Source: Amphiscolops sp. MND2022 (taxonomy: Eukaryota). Taken from it: a DNA stretch of 64,000 nt. Of the stretch, positions 46,705 through 61,000 are shown piece by piece. The translations under genes and the position numbers were made by a program. The notes beneath the pieces were generated by a model that saw only the letters and a list, made by a program, of their open reading frames with translations, was not told the origin of the DNA and did no database searches. The DNA is taken from assembly GCA_964187785.1 (NCBI GenBank), contig OZ076409.1, forward strand, positions 62,560,001-62,624,000, written 5' to 3'. Each line of letters begins with the position of its first letter. Within the stretch, counting starts at the first letter, position 1.

Positions 46705-49700
46705 AAAGGGAGTACTTTCACGCAACATTATTAGCCAACAACGCACCAATGAAATTCATTATAGACAGTGGATCACCAGTTACACTAATACCCCAACACT
46801 AATATTCAATGACACTTCAGAAGTGACAAAAAGTTACACACCAAATACAAAGACGTAAACGACAACTAGAATGAATTTATTGGACAAACAAAAGCGACAG
46901 TGAGAACTAATAACACAACACTTCAACTACCATTGCTAATCACCAAAACCAATATAACACTGTTATTGGGATTGGATTGGATGAAACGGCTTCGAATTAC
47001 ACTTAACGCGGCAACGGACAGTATCAAAAAACACAACATAAAACTGGAGGATGTGGGAAAGAACATTTTGAAACTGCAGGAAGAATTCAAGGATTTATTC
47101 TACAACAACACCGAAATAAAAAACATATTCGTGAAAATCAACTGGATAGAAAACGCAAATATAAAACAACAAAAAAGAAGAGCATTCCTGATTTATCTAC
47201 AAGACCAAGTAGCAGAAGAAAATAAACGATTAAAAAAACGGTTTTTTGGAAAGAGCAACAGAAACAACGGAGATTGTATTGTGAGCGCAGCAGTTATGAC
47301 GATGAAAAACGACAAATCGAACTAGATTGAAAAAATCAAACGCGGCAACAAAAAACGAAAAGGCCTGTTGCCAAACATGCAAGAATTAATATCAAAAATA
47401 TCACGTGAAATATCGGAAGAGGAAGAAGGGGAAATTTGGATAAAATAGCCTAATCAAACTAGATGAAGCAACAAGAAACTTGGGTACATTTACCGTTACG
47501 GGAGGAGAATATACCGGATATTAACGTTTCATTGAAAGTTTTTACGGACTGTCAAACATACAAACAAGTTTTCCAGAACGGATCGAGAAACCACTAAAAT
47601 TCAAACACCCCGCATGGCTAGATGACATTAAAATCGCGACGGAAGGAACCGTAGAAAAACACGAGGCGGAGGTAAAAGAAACAATTAATAAATTGGAAGA
47701 GGCCGCAATAGATTACACCCGAAGAAATGCGAACTCTTCAAAAGAGAACCAGGATAGGTCGGACACCGAATAGGTCAAAATAGAACCAGAACGCTACAAG
47801 AAAAATTGGAGCAATAACAAAAAAAAACAAACCAAAAAGGAGAAGGAGCTGAAATCTTTCTTGAGAGCGATCCATTATCTATCAAAGTATATCGAAAACC
47901 TTTCAGCACAAACAGATATAAACAGAAAACTACTCAAAAGCAAAACGAATGGATCTGGACAAAAATAACATAAAGAGGCGTTCAAGAATCTGAAAAAACT
48001 AAGAACACAACTACCATTCGTAGCACACAACATATCTTACAACGAAAATGTCCTAACGACGGACGCAAGTACAGAAAAAATGAAAGCGACGCTATGGCAA
48101 AAACAGAAAGATGGAAATTTAAAACCAATTAGCTTTGCGAGATGATTTGTATCGGAAACCGAGAAAAAGTATGCAATAAACGAACTACAGCTACCAGCAG
48201 TGGTATGGGGAGTGGAACATTTTCGCCTATATATCTATGGAAAGCCAATTGAATTACTAACCGATCATCAAGCACTGGAGCCCCTAATCAAAAGAAATAG
48301 ATCAAATAAAACATATAGGCAAGTTTAACAAAGTGGTTAGCTAGGCTCGCACATTTCGATGTAAATATAAAACACAATGCTGGAAATCATCTCAACTTGA
48401 CTGACTATGTGAGCAAAAAACCAATAGCAAATCTGGAGCCAATTGTTTAAAATGACGACGAAGATTGCGTAATTAATTGCGTAATACCCTTAGTGGAGTT
48501 CAATAACACTTAAAAATTATTTTTGAAATTTTTTTTCGAAAAAAATTATTTTTTAAGTCGCAAAATGCCGAAAAACTCAAAAAAAGGCCATTCAGGCTCA
48601 TTCAACGTTTTCTACAAACCGAAAATTTCAAAAAAAAATGCAAGGGGGTACCCTTTGATAAATTTCAAAAATTTTCGAAAAAAGTCGCATAGCGCCGAAA
48701 AAAACCCAAAAGGGGGGCACTTTGGTCTCACCTGTACTTTTGGAAGCATTAAAAAATTTATGGTTTAGTGCGAGAATCGAACCCACGCACTCCGGCTGGG
48801 TCGAAGTTGGAAGATGAACAAATATGAAAGATGAACAAATTGTAAGAAAAGTGGACCACTCAGAGTGAGATTGTCAACTGAAAAAAAGCAAAAAAAACTA
48901 CTCACTGTAAGAGTCGGGCTTTTTTCCTTAAGGGAAAAGGCGCCGACTAAAAAGGGAGTACTTTCACGCAACATTATTGGCCAACAACGCACCAATGAAA
49001 TTCATTATAGACAGTGGATCACCAGTTACACTAATACCCCAACACTAATATTCAATGACACTTCAGAAGTGACAAAAAGTTACACACCAAATACAAAGAC
49101 GTAAACAACAACTAGAATGAATTTATTGGACAAACAAAAGCGACAGTGAGAACTAATAACACAACACTTCAACTACCATTGCTAATCACCAAAACCAATA
49201 TAACACTGTTATTGGGATTGGATTGGATGAAACGGCTTCGAATTACACTTAACGCGGCAACGGACAGTATCAAAAAACACAACATAAAACTGGAGGATGT
49301 GGGAAAGAACATTTTGAAACCGCAGGAAGAATTCAAGGATCTATTCTACAACAACACCGAAATAAAAAACATATTCGTGAAAATCAACTTGATAGAAAAC
49401 GCAAATATAAAACAACAAAAAAGAAGAGCATTCCTGATTTATCTACAAGACCAAGTAGCAGAAGAAAATAAACGATTAATAAAACGGTTTTTTGGAAAGA
49501 GCAACAGAAACAACGGAGATTGTTTTGTGAGCGCAGCAGTTATGACGATGAAAAACGACAAATCGAACTAGATTGAAAAAATCAAACGCGGCAACAAAAA
49601 ACGAAAAGGCCTGTTGCCAAACATGCCAGAATTAATATCAAAAATATCACGTGAAATATCGGAAGAGGAAGAAGGCGAAATTTGGATAAAATTAGACTTC

Positions 49701-50774
49701 GATTACGCCTATAGCCTAATCAAACTAGATGAAGCAACAAGAAACTTGGGTACATTTACCGTTACGGGAGGAGAATATACCGGATATTAACGTTTCATTA
49801 AAAGTTTTTACGGACTGTCAAACATACAAACAAGTTTTCCAGAACGGATCGAGAAACCACTAGAATTCAAACACCCCGCATGGCTAGATGACATTAAAAT
49901 CGCGACGGAAGGAACCGTAGAAAAACACGAGGCGGAGGTAAAAGAAACAATTAATAAATTGGAAGAGGCCGCAATAGATTACACCCGAAGAAATGCGAAC
50001 TCTTCAAAAGAGAACCAGGATAGGTCGGACACCGAATAGGTCAAAATAGAACCAGAACGCTACAAGAAAAATTGGAGCAATAACAAAAAAACAAACCAAA
50101 AAGGAGAAGGAGCTAAAATCTTTCTTGAGAGCGATCCATTATCTATCAAAGTATATCGAAAACCTTTCAGCACAAACAGATATAAACAGAAAACTACTCA
50201 AAAGCAAAACGAATGGATCTGGACAAAAATAACATAAAGAGGCGTTCAAGAATCTGAAAAAACTAAGAACACAACTACCATTCGTAGCACACAACATATC
50301 TTACAACGAAAATGTCCTAACGACGGACGCAAGTACAGAAAAAATGAAAGCGACGCTATGGCAAAAACAGAAAGATGGAAATTTAAAACCAATTGGCTTT
50401 GCGAGCTGATTTGTATCGGAAACCGAGAAAAAGTATGCAATAAACGAACTACAGCTACCAGCAGTGGTATGGGGAGTGGAACATTTTCGCCTATATATCT
50501 ATGGAAAGCCAATTGAATTACTAACCGATCATCAAGCACTGGAGCCCCTAATCAAAAGAAATAGATCAAATAAAACATATAGGCAAGTTTAACAAAGTGG
50601 TTAGCTAGGCTCGCACATTTCGATGTAAATATAAAACACAATGCTGGAAAGCATCTCAACTTGACTGACTATGTGAGCAAAAAACCAATAGCAAATCTGG
50701 AGCCAATTGTTTAAAATGACGACGAAGATTGCGTAATTAATTGCGTAATACCCTTAGTGGAGTTCATTAACACT
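46266..50774 (+). repeat. Tandem duplication with a unit of about 2.25 kb
   Basis: 46266-48510 is repeated at 48512-50774 (paired ORFs offset by 2246 bp); scattered substitutions and one short indel. Confidence 0.92.
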
Positions 50775-53700
50775 CACGGCAGCATTACCGATGAAATGAA
50801 ATCGACGTCATAAACGAATGAAAGAACAGCACAGCTGACTAACAATCAAACATAAGCAAGAAGCGCGAACAAACAGCCACTCAGTGAGAACGAGCAGAGC
50901 AAACACAGACCATTGCAAACTACGCAGTTCAAAGAAACAAGCAAACCGAATTACGAAGGAATTCAAAATCGTCAAATCAAAATGGACACCAACACGGTGG
51001 AAAGTATAGAAAAAGAGGACCCATTAGAAGACACCCTACGACTGACAACAAGATGGAAGGAGATCACGGAACCCGGTGATTACAGATTTACCCAAGGCCA
51101 CTGGCGAAAGTACACCCAGCCAATAATGATACGGGCGAAACAAAAAAACGAATTGATATGGAACTGTGGCAAAAACGGAACAATTATATCTGCAAAGAAT
51201 GGAAAATAACAGCAGAGAAACCCAAGAAAAGGCCGACAGAAAATGCGAATTCCACAGTGACATCGAGAAAAGTAGCAACTTCCCCAAAAGAGATGAAATG
51301 TCAACCAGCAACAGCAACAATCAACAACCACCGGAAAGAGACCAAGGTCTGGAAATGCAGCAGAGACGTGGAATAGAAACCATGTCCTCAGATTCAGATC
51401 AAACAATCGCAGTAAAAGCAATCAGTTTCAAAAGGTACCTCGGAGCGACCATCGTCAAATATATCCAATTGGAAACAGCCAGCAGAGTTCAATACAACGA
51501 AAAAACGGTACCTGGACGAGACAGTGACTCAAGTGGAACAAAATCTTTCTATCGACTTGCGAACAATCGCAGATGAGACGAACAACGACAAAAAACTGCT
51601 GAAAACGATGGTTTGCTTGGAATGAAGAAGTTTCGAACAAAAACCAGAAGAATAAAACGGATACCAAAAGAACCTATCCACGAGGTTCGGAGTAGTGTTC
51701 TACGACGATAAGATTGTAAAATCCAAGCCCCTCATACAGACAGTAATCAAGCTGCTAAACAAAGGGCACCCAGTGCCCAGTGATTAAGGGCACCCAATTA
51801 AAAAAATCACGCGGCACGACCCGTCTGGTGGCCAAAATTGAGCAAGGACATACAAACAATATGCAACGAGTGCATCCCTTGCAAGACGACAAGTAAGTGC
51901 ATTAAGACTCAATTAGAAATGACCGAATTTAATTACTTACCTTCGATAGAGACAACAAACCAAGAAATCGAATGGGATTTCATGGGATCAAAAAAATTCA
52001 TGCAGAGGAGATTTTACATATTAATATTAATCGACCGGTATAGCAGATGGCCGGCGGCTTGCATTTGCGAAACCCCTATTAGTAAAACAGTTAAAAATCT
52101 TTTTAGAACAGTATACCCTACTAAACGGATTCCCACAAGCGATCAGAAGAGATACAAGGACTGCTTTTACCGTAAAAGATTTTAGACAAATGTGTAATAA
52201 TCGTACACATAAAAAAGTATATGGTACGCCATATATACACACAGCCACCGGGCTAGTAGAACGAAGGATAATAACCCTAAAAGACTTAAAGGGAACAAAC
52301 TTGGAGGATGAATGCACTGTGAATGAGGCCTTACACCGGTCATTACTGGTAGTGCGAATGACCGTCCACTACAAGATAAAAAAATCGTTCGAACGACTTT
52401 ACGGCAGAAATACACGAAGGGAGTTAACCAGTTCTTCGAATTTACAAACCCATAACATTAATAGGTTTCAGCTCAACTGGAAACATTGCCAGTATACACC
52501 TTCAATTACGAAATGGAGGTTCTTACCAGCGTATCATGACGACACCAAAAATGCTGAAATGTGACATTAGTAACGATTTCCCTTTCAAATTTTTAGCGAA
52601 AAAAAAAACAAAATGAAAACAAGTCCGAAAAAAATACCAAACAAAACCACAAACAGCATTCATTGGAACAAAACATACATTAACGACGGACACAAATAAA
52701 ATTTTCCACCAAAAACTAGCAAGTAAACAGTTACCAAACTAGTTTCACAACCCTCAATCACGGAGGGGAGAAAACATGCGAGGAACGGAATGGCGGTTTA
52801 TCCAACTGTCCCCGCCATCAATTGAAACGGAAGAAGACGACGAAGAAGAAGACGCCCCACCGAAACCAATGGGACAGGGTAGACGAAAGCTGATACCCAG
52901 TCGGACACCAAAAATACCGGGAGAAAGAAACCTAAAGCTGCATGTAGTCAGGATGACCGAACAACAACTGGAGCAGGTCATAAAAACCATCAACGAAGAC
53001 CCTACAACCACAATCGCCGATAATAATTGTAACGAAAACCAAATAATACCCAAATAACTGAACTACCAAACACAAATGAAACATAATAAGAATTACCAGA
53101 TTAGATCTTCAAGAATAAGATCCAATAATCCGATAGTATTAACTGGAAACCCATTAACACATTGATATTTACAGAGAACTCCGTTGAGAAAATCAACGAC
53201 CAAAACAACCAGTCTCAAAAAGAATGAATAATGAACTACCGGAGAGACGCAGGAGTGAATGAAGAGTCCGATGACGCCGTCATCATGAAAGAAACCGCGG
53301 TTGAAACGTGAATTTGAGTTAGCTCAAAACCTTAGCTACCCATCATTAACAGTTGTGCTAAATTTGCCATGATGAAAGCATGTAAACTCATACACTTTAT
53401 TCTTTTATTCATTTATTTGTTATTAATTGTACACGTATCTGATCCTTCTATACCGAAGTGCACAATTAGCCAAAGCGTTGGGAATGTGGCTTTAGTGGAT
53501 TCAAAGATCAAAAATTCATGTAACGCAACATAACAATACGACCATTTTATGTTATGACGTAACATACCTGCCACAATACTAACAGCTATTGTAGTATTGT
53601 ACACTAACACTTAACCTTACGATTAGCTACAAAACAGTATTAAATCCCCAATCCTCATCCTTCTTACCATTCTTATCTTAAAGCCCAAAAAAAATCAAAA

Positions 53701-54075
53701 ATGTTGTCTTCTTCAAAGAAAATGCCAGTTTTATAATGTTTCAAGTCAGCGAAAAGCGGTGTTTGAGTCTTTTTTGTATCTGTTCTGGTACTTTTCGGCA
53801 CTGTAGTATAAATACACTTTGACAAAATTGTCACTTGAACCTTGAGCGGGGCGCCGACTTGAGTCGTTCTTGGCTTGTTTGGTTTTTCAACTGTTTTAAA
53901 TCAGCAAAAGTTTTTGCATTAGTGGTTGAAGGAGCTAAAGAACTCTTTTGATTTTTTTGCCTTTCAACTACGTTTTAACTACTCAGCACAAAGAAATTGA
54001 TTGAAACCAAAAGTCACCTTCAATGTTCGAGGTTTCCTGTCAGAAAAAATACATACATCACATACTCCAATTTTG

Positions 54076-55018
54076 AACAAGCCGGGAACGGCGCAAGTCG
54101 GCGCCATATCTAAGGCTCAAAAGTAGCAAAAGGACTTCAAAGTGTCAAGTATTCTTTTCTACCCCTAGTTGAAACTGCAGGAACTTTTTGCATGCTGCAG
54201 GCCTGCATGCAGGGTAATTGTTTATAAAACCTAGAAAATTCAGCGAACTTCGGGTGGTAAATCTTATAGAATTACACTGCATTTTCCACTACTGCAATCA
54301 AATTTTGAAAATAAAACCACTTCATCACCGACACAATCACTTTGGATTTACACTTTGTTTTCTCATCTTCTGTGATCACCGCTTCTCAAACAAGACGCTA
54401 AACATGACGCTAATTTTCAGTTTATTACGCGGCTGAAGTTCTTTTGCATGTTATACCGATATCAACTTATTTGCTTTCAAACTTATAACGCTGCTTAGTG
54501 AAACCTGCAAAACTTCAAGGCTTAAAATTGCCGTCAAACCTTTGATGAATCCTTCAAGCAGCTTGATAAAAGTCGAATACAACAGGTAAATATTTTCGCC
54601 TGAAAGTTTCCGTAAGAGTTTTAGAAAATCATGATTAAAGTTGCTGGCAACATTAAAGTACATGCAGAATGTTCAAGAAATTTCAACAAGGGACAGTACC
54701 CGCATGAGGAAAAAATTGAAAAAAAATTCGAAATTTTTTTCAATTTTTTTTGGTCCCCGGGAAGTCGCATAGTGCCAAAAAATGTAAAACGGGACCTCAA
54801 AAAAGCCTAATTAACCTCTATATTAAGTGCCAGTAGAAGTAGTGTGGCTTTTAGTGTTAATTCAAGTCAGCTTATAAAGCTTATAAAATCTGTCACTTCG
54901 TTGGTCTTTGAAAAAAAGAAAAGTCACTACTATACTCTGCGTTTTACTACGAAAAATCGCCAACTAAAACGAAAAGTCACTACTATAGTCTGCGTTTTCT
55001 ACGAAAAGCGCCGACTAA
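54076..55018 (+). mobile_element. Helentron/DINE-like repeat containing a nested insertion
   Basis: AACAAGCCGGGAACGGCGCAAGTCGGCGCC start and AAGCGCCGACTAA end. Confidence 0.6.
54163..54692. mobile_element. MITE with CCC termini and 2-bp TSD (CACTA/CMC-like)
   Basis: TIR CCCTAGTTGAAA / TTTCAACAAGGG flanked by AC on both sides; the empty site TTTACAGTAC is seen in the copy near 41162. Confidence 0.65.
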
Positions 55019-55144
55019 AAAAACTCCAATAATGACGAGCTTTTGTAAAGACTACGGGGCCAGACTTATTAAAACAATATCAAGGAAATCTATAAATAGA
55101 CAATCGCTAAAAAGTAGTAAAGTCTCAAACTGGTCTAGCACTAC

Positions 55145-56875
55145 TGTCGCAGGCTGCCGCCTGTGACGGCACAAGGATTACAACGACGGCTGTTGGTCAG
55201 GATGTGGCCCCAGGAACTCTCCCTACCTATTAAAGTAAACTAAATCTTTCTCTCAAACTTTTACGTTGCTTATGTATTTTGTTGCCATATTACTTTAGAA
55301 AATAGCCAAAAAGGGCCGTACTGGGACGTATTCCCTTGTTACCAAAATTTAGAATCATTGCACTTGTTGATTATTTATAGTCAACCTAAGTTTTCAATGT
55401 CAACTGTATATTAGTCTGTTAACATAGATTGTGCTGTATTGTTGTATTATCAATGCAATGTAGTAATAATCAAAGATTATAGCAAGCAACTAAGAGAAAG
55501 TACGGAAACGAGTTCAAATGGACTCCTGTACTTTCTTGCCAACGTCGCTTGCGCTCAACCAATTAGCCAATCAGAGGCCTTCATCTTCGAGTGCTTTATT
55601 CTCTTTTGCCAATTACGGCCTTTGTACAATATGGACGAGTGTGCTATTAATGCCGTTCAGGCAAACGGCCTAATCCGGCTATTTAGTCTCCAATGAGTGA
55701 AGTGCTTGTAATTGATGCTAATTTCATGTAGTAGTATTTATTCAGTAGTAAGCTTTGTTGATCACGAAATACCAATTTGAAGCGCTATTTAGTACTTTGT
55801 TGTGTTACTAACAAATAGTTGCCCGATTCTGCTTTAATATAACCCTGTTGCATGAAATTTGATGTTATTGCCTTAACAGGCCTTTTGCCATTGTACCTAC
55901 GATAAGTATTTAGATCAAACAAGTTTGTTGTGCTGTCACGTGCTAAAGAACGCGTACCTGTATCAACAAATACCTGTTCGATGGAAGTATTTTGTCAAAT
56001 ATGTAAACGATGCTAGCGGTTGAATGTTTGTTCCTTTGATGTGTAATATTTGGAACGGATGACGTTCATCCCGTGACCATCAGAAATGCAGTCATATGAT
56101 ATTGTCTTAGTCAAAGAATGTGAAAAATGTGAGTGTCACTCTTTCGGGGGTATAAATACCTGTGCCTTTGAGAGAGGAGACACTTCTTAATTTACTCTCT
56201 TCTGAAAAAGACTATCATATTAGTACAAACGGTTTCACTGTTATTTTCGAGATATAATCTAATTCAATTTTATACTCGAAGTTTTCCTTATGCCTACTAC
56301 AAGAAAACAAAAGAAGACTAGAAAGTCTAGAGGGCTAGAGATTCTTTCTGATATCGAAAATCTAGACATAATGTTAGGAGGCGATCGTTACAATGGAACT
56401 GAAAGAGAAAGGAGTTTATAAAGTAACTCCGTTAGAAGGAGAGAAAGTATCATGAGCAATAATTTAGACAACGAAGGCGAAAGCTTGTTTTCAAATTGTA
56501 GAAATGATGAACCTAGGACAAGTGCCGATCTTGGCCAAAACTCAGCTGAAGCAAACTCACTAGCTGAGATAAACAGGTTGTCTAGCGAACTGAACTCTAG
56601 GATATCCCGTGAGATGGATGAAATGATGAGTAATGTCGATACGCTGATCCAAAGGGCCATTAATGAAGCTATTAGTAGTCAAGTATCGCCTCAAATACAG
56701 AATGTCATTATGGCCGGATCAGGCCGAGAGACCAGAAGGGGATGGGAAGTCCCAGTTGAGAGACCGGAAGTAAATGCCGAAGAACAGCGAATTCCAAGTG
56801 CCAAGGCCGACTGTAGAAATGAACAACATGATGGAAACCGGCCAATTGGTCAATCAAGCCGTCAAGTCCATGACA
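55145..56875 (+). repeat. Inferred 5' LTR of element C (1731 bp)
   Basis: Starts TGTCGCAGGCTGCCGCCTGTGA (cf. B TGTCCCAGGCGGCCGCCTGTGA) and ends GACA before the PBS TGGTGACAGAAG. Confidence 0.85.
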
Positions 56876-58002
56876 TGGTGACAGAAGACAACGAATCTCC
56901 ACTTCAAGTTCCCGAGTTTCTCACGGGACGAGTCTCATCCAGAAACCATCTCGACAGGTCCTATGAGGATATTAACCTTGACACGACGATCCCAGCGCAA
57001 GAGAGAAATGCTCCGGCTGCTCAAACTGACCCTATTACTCGACTAGCAGATGTCTTGACAACGATGCAGAATAGGCCGACAGCCCAACAACTCACTATAC
57101 GCCCAGTCAATTCAAACACAATGACTTTTGATGGCAAGAGTGAAAAATTCGAGCTGTTTGAGGACCTGTTCCACACGATGATCAAGATGCAACCGGAAAT
57201 GACGGAACAGATGAAAATAATTCACTTCCACTCACTGCTGAGGAAGAATGCTCTCCAAACCTTCCGGAACATCAGCTCGAGCAATAGACAGACTTTAGAG
57301 GACGTATTGGTAATATTCAGACGAAAATACGTCAAACCCGAATCACAGGCGACTGCCAAACATAAATGGCACCGTCTAGTCTTCGATCCCAACACGATGA
57401 AACTGCCAGATTTCCTTGAAGAACTAAATCAAGGGGCAGAAAAAGCATTCGGGGATCACGCGCAGAAAATGATTGACAGTTTGCTCTACGCAAAACTGCC
57501 ACCAAAACTGAAGCGGTCTGTAAACATGGCCAGACTCGAAAACGGCTCTTATGATGAAATAGTTGCTCATTTAGAGAGAGAGTTAGAACTAAATGCCCTT
57601 GAGGAATCAGACGACCTACCAATGGCCACAATGACCTCCTCGACAACAAAATCCAAGACTCCTCTAACTACTGGGCAAATGTCGGACATCACTTGCAACT
57701 ATTGCAAGGAGAAGGGCCATATGGTCAAAGACTGTGAAAAATTGAAGAAGAAAAAAGAAAAAGATGCCCAACAAGGCAAACAGACTCAGAAAAAGACGTA
57801 TCCGGAGTGTGGCACTTGTGGCAAAAAGAACCACCCGGAAGAAAGATGTTGGCAAGGTGCTGGTGCGCATCTCAAACCCAAACGCACCAGACCAGATGAC
57901 GCTAATGACGGTAAACCCAATTCAAAGGCGCAAAAACCACAAAACAAATCAACATCTTCCAACTCACAGACCTCATCTTCCAATGATGAGTCAAAAAACT
58001 AA
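56290..58002 (+). pseudogene. gag: Gag of element C, starting inside the LTR; premature TAA near 56419
   Basis: MPTTRKQKKTRKSR start is homologous to B MPSTRRQKAKARKSR; two CCHC knuckles. Confidence 0.9.
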
Positions 58003-61000
58003 CTTCGCCACGACTCCAATACAATCAACTAATATCTGTCCGACAATACATCAGATCGGACCCTCCAACGCAAACTTTCCACCAATACAACCAACAATTG
58101 ATGGGCTATCCCTCTGTTGTCTGGCAGCAGCAGATGGAAAAAGCTACCATTATTACTTACAATAATACCCATTTGTTCCAAAAACCAATTCCTGTATGGG
58201 ATCCTGATTACACATCTGCTTTCAATAGCCGATTCAGGCCCATTCCCTTGGTAGACGATTACAACCCTACCTACATAGACCCCGATTATGGGCGAGATCC
58301 CTATTGGGACACGGAACTCTACAACCAAGATCTGCTACAATTCCAATACGTCATTGATGATATCGAACTCTACAATAAATCAGCCCATGAAAATCCTCCA
58401 ATCACCCACAACAAGAAAACTAGAGCATTGATTGAAACCTGGCAAATGAATGATGGCACAAGCCATCCGGTGTTCCCAAACCCCCTGGGGACCGAGAATA
58501 CTGAAAACAGTGGTGAAATCACGCCACAATCATTATTAGATGAAAAACAATTCCAAAATGTACTCATCACCAGAGATGGTGAACCAGACTGTATACCCCT
58601 GTCAACCAACATCAACCTCAAATGCAAGAAACGCATGCTTTATTTCCCAATGGACTTTGGGGAATTGACCATAGATGGACTAATAGACACTGGGGCACTG
58701 TCCAGTGCAATACCCGAAATGGACCTCCGGAAAATCCGCCTTTTATCTCCACAATCTGTTATCCGAGAAGGTCCACCTCCGAATTTCCAAATAATGGTCG
58801 CTAATGGTCAACTGGAAACCCCTAAAAGTACCATAGAACTCAAATTTGAAGTTGGTGATATCGAGTTTCATGAGATTTTCATAGTCATGGAACACTTGAC
58901 AGGACCGATCATTGGACTAATGTTCCTGCAGAGAAACCATACAGTCCTGGACATGAGACAAGGAATCTTGAACTTCCCGTTCTTTTCAATGCAGCTAAAA
59001 ACAGCTGACCATAAATACTCAAATGTCTTAGAACCAATTCTCAATCCCATTGAGATAACCATTCCGCCAAACGATAGAGTCCTAATCAGGACCAATTCCC
59101 TACTGTACCCTGAGAATGCTGTCACTGGAATTTTGCAACCGAGCGACCTTCTACATGAGGAAGACGACATCACATTTTGCCCAGCTTTAGTCACTCTGAA
59201 TGATGGCAATATATTGATACCAGTGAACAATTTCACAGACCACCCTTATAAACTCAAAAAAGGTCTACATATTGCCAATTTTTCTGTCATGACGCCAGAA
59301 CAAATGAAGTATGTCAAACCGGTAGACCCGGCATCAACATGGCACCTCTTGCAGAATGACCAAGAGCAAGCAGCCCATTATGTCAGCAGTCTCATCAAAA
59401 CCAATAGAAATCCACAAAACTCCGAAAATTACTGGTTCCCAACTCCAGAAAACCCTGGAAATCCTGAGGAACACACACCCATACAAAAACGAATCCTACG
59501 TGAGTTACAGGCCTTACAAGAACTGGAGACACTCGACCCCACCACAGACGCAGAATCGCGTGCAAAATTCTTAGAAAACTTTGACTGGAAAGATTCCACC
59601 CTTACTCCTGAAGAGAAGGAGAAAATAGAGGAATTGTTAGTGGAATTCCATGACATCTTTGCACGACACCGATTTGATATAGGCATGAACGAGGACTTCA
59701 AGGTGAAACTGACACCAAAAGACGATTCCCCAGCCTATAGTCAAAGTCTTCCAGCTCCTATCAACTTGAAGGAAGACATCTTAGTCGAATTAGCCATGTT
59801 ACACAAATATGGCATCATTACCACCCTACCGTTCTCAAAGTATGCAAGCCCAATATTCGCCCAAAAGAAACCAAATGGGAAGCTACGACTTTTGGTTGAC
59901 TTGAGAAAAATCAACAACCTCATCTCGGATGATTATATAAACAATAATCACCCTGTTAGCACCCTGATTGATGCTGCCCAACACTTGGCAGGCAAAAAAC
60001 TGTTCTGTAAATTAGACTGTTCGCAGGCATACCACTGCCTACCAATGGCTGACCAACGCTCAATCGAAATGTTAGCTTTCAATTTTGCCAGTCGCACATT
60101 TGCCTACAGACGTTTGGCACAAGGCCTCAGTCGGTCACTATCCGCATTCTCGAGTTTCATGAGGGAATACCTCGACAAAGTCATTAAAGCGGATCAGTGC
60201 GCCCAGTATGTGGACGATATCGGCATCGCAGCCAATGATGTTAACCACCTCATAATGAACCTGAGAGCAACATTCAAATGAATTCAGGAAGCAGGCCTTA
60301 AGTTGACAATGCACAAATGCCACTTTGGTGCAAAAGAAATTGATTTCCTCGGACGGACTATTACCCCGCAAGGCGTCAAACCCCAGAAACAGAACGTGCA
60401 AAACTTTCTGGAAAAGACCAAATTCCCAAAGTCGAAAAAGGCTTTGCAACGCTACTTGGGATTCTTGAACTACTACAGGAATTATGTCCCAAGACTCTCC
60501 GAGCGCCTTGCTCCATTCTACAAGATGCTCAAAAGTGACGAAAAGGTCCTAGTATCCAAAGAATTAGTCCAATAATTCGAAGAAATCAACAAGGCACTCG
60601 ACAAATGTTGCGATTTGGCCCTACAACAGCCTATCCCGAACAAACAAATTGCACTAATGACTGACGCAAGTTTTGGTGCAGCCGGATATGCGGTCTTAAT
60701 AGAAGATGACCCGAACCAGAAATTCACGTCACTCAGAAAATCGTATGCACCAGTCGCATATGGATCCAAAACTTTCACCCCAGCGCAGATAAAGATGTCA
60801 ATTTATGCAAAAGAATTCCTTGCAATTTATTTTGCATTCAAAGAATTCGGACATATATTCTGGGGTGCGCCGAAACCGGTCATCATCCTTACGGACAACA
60901 AGGCGGTCACGAGATTTTTTCAAACGAAAATAATACCCCCAGCCCTGTGGAATGCATGTGATTATGTGATCCAGTTCAATTTTGTCATAGCGCATATCCC

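Larger units (their letters stand above)
44989..53678 (+). mobile_element. Old, decayed Mag-like LTR retrotransposon (element D), related to element A
   Basis: Diverged LTRs 44989-45182 and 53485-about 53678, PBS TGGCGAGTCAG; remnants KFIIDSGSPVTLIP, HPAWLDDI, TTDAST and YGTPYIHTATGLVER with many stops. Confidence 0.85.
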
